Of a DNA stretch of 64,000 nucleotides, positions 61,040 to 64,000 are shown in pieces (the first letter of the stretch is position 1; the number at the start of each line of letters is the position of its first letter). This stretch comes from Actinomycetota bacterium. GTDB taxonomy: Bacteria > Actinomycetota > Thermoleophilia > Gaiellales > F1-60-MAGs149. Location: positions 16,582 to 80,581 of the forward strand of contig VFJZ01000006.1 of assembly GCA_009885805.1 (NCBI GenBank). Direction: 5' to 3'. The position numbers and the translations under genes were made by a program. Below the pieces are notes generated by a model that was not told where the DNA came from, did no database searches, and saw only the letters and a program-made list of their open reading frames with translations.

Positions 61040-62280
61040 TGGGCGACCTTGACTGCATCGTGGTCGGCGGGGGCTTCGCAGGGCTGCGCGCCGCTCGTGA
61101 CCTGCACGACGCGGGCCGCCGCGTCGCCCTGCTGGAGGCTCGCGACCGCCTCGGCGGGCGCACCTGGACGCGCCCGTTCGCAGGCACCGGGGCGAACGTG
61201 GAGATCGGCGGCGCCTGGTTCACCCCCGGGCAGGACGAGGTCGTCCGCGAGCTCGACCGGTACGGCGTCGGCACCCGGACGTACCCGGCCCCGAGCCGGG
61301 TTCGCTGGCATACGGACGGCGTCCTGCGCGACGGCCTGCCGGTGCCGTTCGATGAGATCGGCGCGCTCGAGCGAGCGCTCGTGACGATCGCCGGCGATGG
61401 CGCGCGGGCGCGCGTCGGGACGCTCGGGCCGGTCGCCTCGCAGTCCTGCGCCGACTACATCGTGGCGCTCGACGTTCCGCGGGCGACGGCCGAGTTCCTC
61501 GCCGCCTGGTGGGTGATGATCGGCGGCACCGACCCGGCGCGCGGCGCGATCATCGACGCACTGCAGGCGATCGCGAGCCACGGCGGCGTCACCGGCCTGA
61601 TCACGGCGCTGCGCTACGCGCCGGCCGAAGGCTGGTCCGAGTTCGCGCGTCGCATGGGAGCCGATGTCGACGTTCGGCTAGGCGTTCCGGTCGCCCGTAT
61701 CGTTGACGCCGGGGGGAGCGTCCGCGTCGAATGCGCGGGCGGCACGGTTCTGACGGCGGCTCGGGTTGTCGTCGCGCTGCCGGTCAACGTTCTGCCCCAC
61801 GTCGCGTTCGAGCCGCCGCTGCCGACGGCGACGGCCGAGGCGGCGGGGACGAATGCGGGCCGCAGCGTCAAGCTCTGGTTCCACGCCCGTGGCATCCCGC
61901 CCGGCTCGCTCGCGGCCGGTCGCGGCGCCGGCGTGTCGTGGCTCTACGCCGACCGCCTACTCGCCGACGGCTCCGTGTTCGCGCTCGGCTTCGGCTGGGA
62001 CGCGCCCGGCCTCGACCCGGCCGCCGCGCTGCACGCGTTCTGGCCCGAGGCAGAACTGCTGGCGAGCGACTGGCACGACTGGAACGGCGACCCGTTCTCG
62101 CTCGGGACGTGGGCGACGGCGACCGTCGGGAAGGCCGACCTCCTCGTCCACGATCGCTTCCCGCCGCACGGCCGCATCGCGTTCGCGGGCGCGGATATCG
62201 CGCCGCACGAAGCGGGCTGGATCGAGGGTGCGCTGCTGTCGGGCGCGGCGGCTGCGCGCTGGGCGCTCGCTGCAGGTTGA
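61039..62280 (+). CDS. Flavin monoamine oxidase family
   Basis: GGGFAGL, EARDRLGGR, EIGG, DPFSLG, GWIEGA. Confidence 0.88.
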   Translation: MGDLDCIVVGGGFAGLRAARDLHDAGRRVALLEARDRLGGRTWTRPFAGTGANVEIGGAWFTPGQDEVVRELDRYGVGTRTYPAPSRVRWHTDGVLRDGLPVPFDEIGALERALVTIAGDGARARVGTLGPVASQSCADYIVALDVPRATAEFLAAWWVMIGGTDPARGAIIDALQAIASHGGVTGLITALRYAPAEGWSEFARRMGADVDVRLGVPVARIVDAGGSVRVECAGGTVLTAARVVVALPVNVLPHVAFEPPLPTATAEAAGTNAGRSVKLWFHARGIPPGSLAAGRGAGVSWLYADRLLADGSVFALGFGWDAPGLDPAAALHAFWPEAELLASDWHDWNGDPFSLGTWATATVGKADLLVHDRFPPHGRIAFAGADIAPHEAGWIEGALLSGAAAARWALAAG

Positions 62281-62288
62281 ACCTGGAG

Positions 62289-62315
62289 GGGGCCCGGTCG
62301 GCCAGACCGGGCCCC
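62289..62315. terminator. GC-rich hairpin after the amine oxidase operon
   Basis: GGGGCCCGGTC-ggcca-GACCGGGCCCC, 11-bp perfect stem, no U tract. Confidence 0.6.
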
Positions 62316-62525
62316 ATCAGGAGGGTGGACGCCGCACCGGCGGGTGGGCCGAGTGGGATCCGGTTCGGCGGCGCCCACGGGCACCGTACTGCCGCCGCGA
62401 CGGTCGGGTGGGGCGCGTCCGGGATCGATGTCGTCTCGAAGTGGTGAAGGAGTCACGCCACACCTTCACCGTTCCGGGTCCGCCTCGTGACCCGCCTGGC
62501 GGCGGCGTCGCCGTAGCTTCCAGGC

Positions 62526-62942
62526 GTGACCCCACTCATCGCGCTGATCGCCCACGACGGCAAGAAGGACGAACTCGCGGAGGTCGTCCGCCGGCACCTC
62601 CCGCGCCTCGACGGGACGCCGCTCGTCGCGACCGAGACGACCGGGCACCTGCTCTCGGAGCGGTTCGGGCTCGACGTGCGCTGCATGCTCTCCGGCCCGT
62701 TCGGCGGCGACCTCCAGATCGGAGCACTCGTTGCGGCCGGGCGGGTGGGGCTCGTCATCTTCCTCCGCGATCCGCTCACGGCCCACGCCCATGACCCGGA
62801 CATCAACGCGCTGATGAAGGTCTGCGACGTGCACCGCGTGCCGCTTGCAACGAACGCCGGATCGGCCCACCTCTGTCTCGCCGCCTACCGCGCGACGCCG
62901 GTGCCCCTACCGGCCTGGCACGAGCATGAGGAAGACGACTGA
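62526..62942 (+). CDS. mgsA: Methylglyoxal synthase
   Basis: IALIAHDGKK, ATETTG, SGPFGGDLQIG, DPL..H.HDPD, LATN. Confidence 0.93.
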   Translation: MTPLIALIAHDGKKDELAEVVRRHLPRLDGTPLVATETTGHLLSERFGLDVRCMLSGPFGGDLQIGALVAAGRVGLVIFLRDPLTAHAHDPDINALMKVCDVHRVPLATNAGSAHLCLAAYRATPVPLPAWHEHEEDD

Positions 62943-63516
62943 CGTGACGCCGCTGACGTTCGAGGTCGAGGACGTCGACGGACTCGAACGGCTGCTCGGG
63001 CGGCATCCCCGGGTGCTGTTCCTGGGCGCGCGGTCCTACGCCGACACCTACCTCGACACCGGGGCGGGAGCGCTTCGCGATCGCGGCGCGATGCTCGCGA
63101 TCCGCAGCGACGTCGACGGCGGCCGTGTGCTGCTCCGCACCGCCCGGGGGGAAGTCCTCTCCGAGCACCTCTGCGAGGGCGCGATCGCGGAGGGCGGGCT
63201 GATTGACGCCAGGGTCAGGAGCGTCGTCGGCGGGGAACGCGTCGGCCCCGTCTTCGTCGTCGAGACCGCGCGCCGGCGCTACGTCCTCCTCGACGGTCGC
63301 CGCTGGATGACGGACGTGGCCGTCGACGACGCCGCGCTGCGCTGCCGCGGGCGGCGGCCGCAGGTGCGACACCTGCTCGCCGTCGAGTCGCTTGCCGGTG
63401 CCCTCCACGACCGCGCCTTCCTTGACGACCTCACGACGGCCGGGCGTCTGCGCAGCCTCGGCCAGTCCCTGGTCGAGGACGGCTACGCCTCGGCCGGGTT
63501 CGCGGCGCTCGGCTGA
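62926..63516 (+). CDS. CYTH-like (triphosphate tunnel) domain protein, degenerate
   Basis: DTYLDT..ALR..G.L.IR, PVFVVETARR, VAVD. Confidence 0.55.
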   Translation: MRKTTDVTPLTFEVEDVDGLERLLGRHPRVLFLGARSYADTYLDTGAGALRDRGAMLAIRSDVDGGRVLLRTARGEVLSEHLCEGAIAEGGLIDARVRSVVGGERVGPVFVVETARRRYVLLDGRRWMTDVAVDDAALRCRGRRPQVRHLLAVESLAGALHDRAFLDDLTTAGRLRSLGQSLVEDGYASAGFAALG

Positions 63517-63689
63517 ACGACCGCTCGCTCCCCGCGCGGCAGCGCGAGTGACAGCAGCGCAGCGCCGGCGACCAGCGCGGCGGACGTGGCCAGGCAGATC
63601 TCGAGCCCCTGGTACTGGTAGGTCGCACCGCTCAGGACGGTGCCGGTGAGGCACGCGCCCGCGTTCGCCATGTAGTAGAAGCCGTGCAT
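63483..63689 (-). pseudogene. C-terminal fragment of an ArsJ-like organoarsenical MFS exporter
   Basis: GFYYMANA...GTVLSG..YQ..GL..CL. Confidence 0.65.
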
Positions 63690-63855
63690 CGCGACGAGGC
63701 CGATCCGAGCATGGTCACGGCGGTCTTCGCGACGGACTCGCTCGACAGCGCTCGCGCGTTCCTCGCGCTCCCCGACCTCGAGGAGACGATGCGCGCAGCC
63801 GGTGTCGTCTCGGCGCCCGAGGTCTTCCTGACAAACGACGCCTGAGACGGACGCG

Positions 63856-64000
63856 CTACACGCCAGCGTCGTCGGCGAACGAGCGCATGTCCGGGAACGT
63901 CGCGTCCGGCACGGCGTCGGCGGGCGGTGTCGCCCCGCCGGCGCCGCCCGCCGCGGCGCGACGGTTGATCCAGACCGTCATCATGCCGAGCTGCTTCGCC
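63856..64000 (-). CDS. HAD-family hydrolase (haloacid dehalogenase-like) C-terminus, runs off window
   Basis: Manual translation AKQLGMMTVWINRR...GATPP...PDATFPDMRSFA. Confidence 0.75.
   Translation of the reverse strand, partial: AKQLGMMTVWINRRAAAGGAGGATPPADAVPDATFPDMRSFADDAGV

Overview
Very GC-rich (by eye about 70%), gene-dense chromosomal window. Codon style, frequent leaderless promoters and the protein families suggest Actinomycetota, possibly Thermoleophilia/Gaiellales (inference). From left to right: a Usp-like gene and a stand-alone TrpB2; a tandem array (about 10.8 kb) of four secreted delta-60/DUF5122-type repeat proteins with divergent bodies but a near-identical, very basic C-terminal module ending RTRR; tRNA-Asp(GTC); a stretch of fused gene fragments; an Fe3+ ABC operon with a DtxR-family regulator and a twice-repeated palindromic operator; then about 40 kb enriched in amine/amide and sugar catabolism (two M20 deacylases, amidase, peptide ABC, divergent PLP decarboxylase, APC permease, SDRs, FGGY kinase, BtpA, creatinase, two head-to-head Rieske oxygenases, molybdopterin oxidoreductase, a TMADH-like enzyme lacking the flavinylation Cys, copper and flavin amine oxidases, polar amino-acid ABC); also vapBC, paired crcB, mgsA and a CYTH protein. 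No CRISPR array, rRNA or intact mobile element was seen. All family calls come from motif recognition by eye, not database searches.
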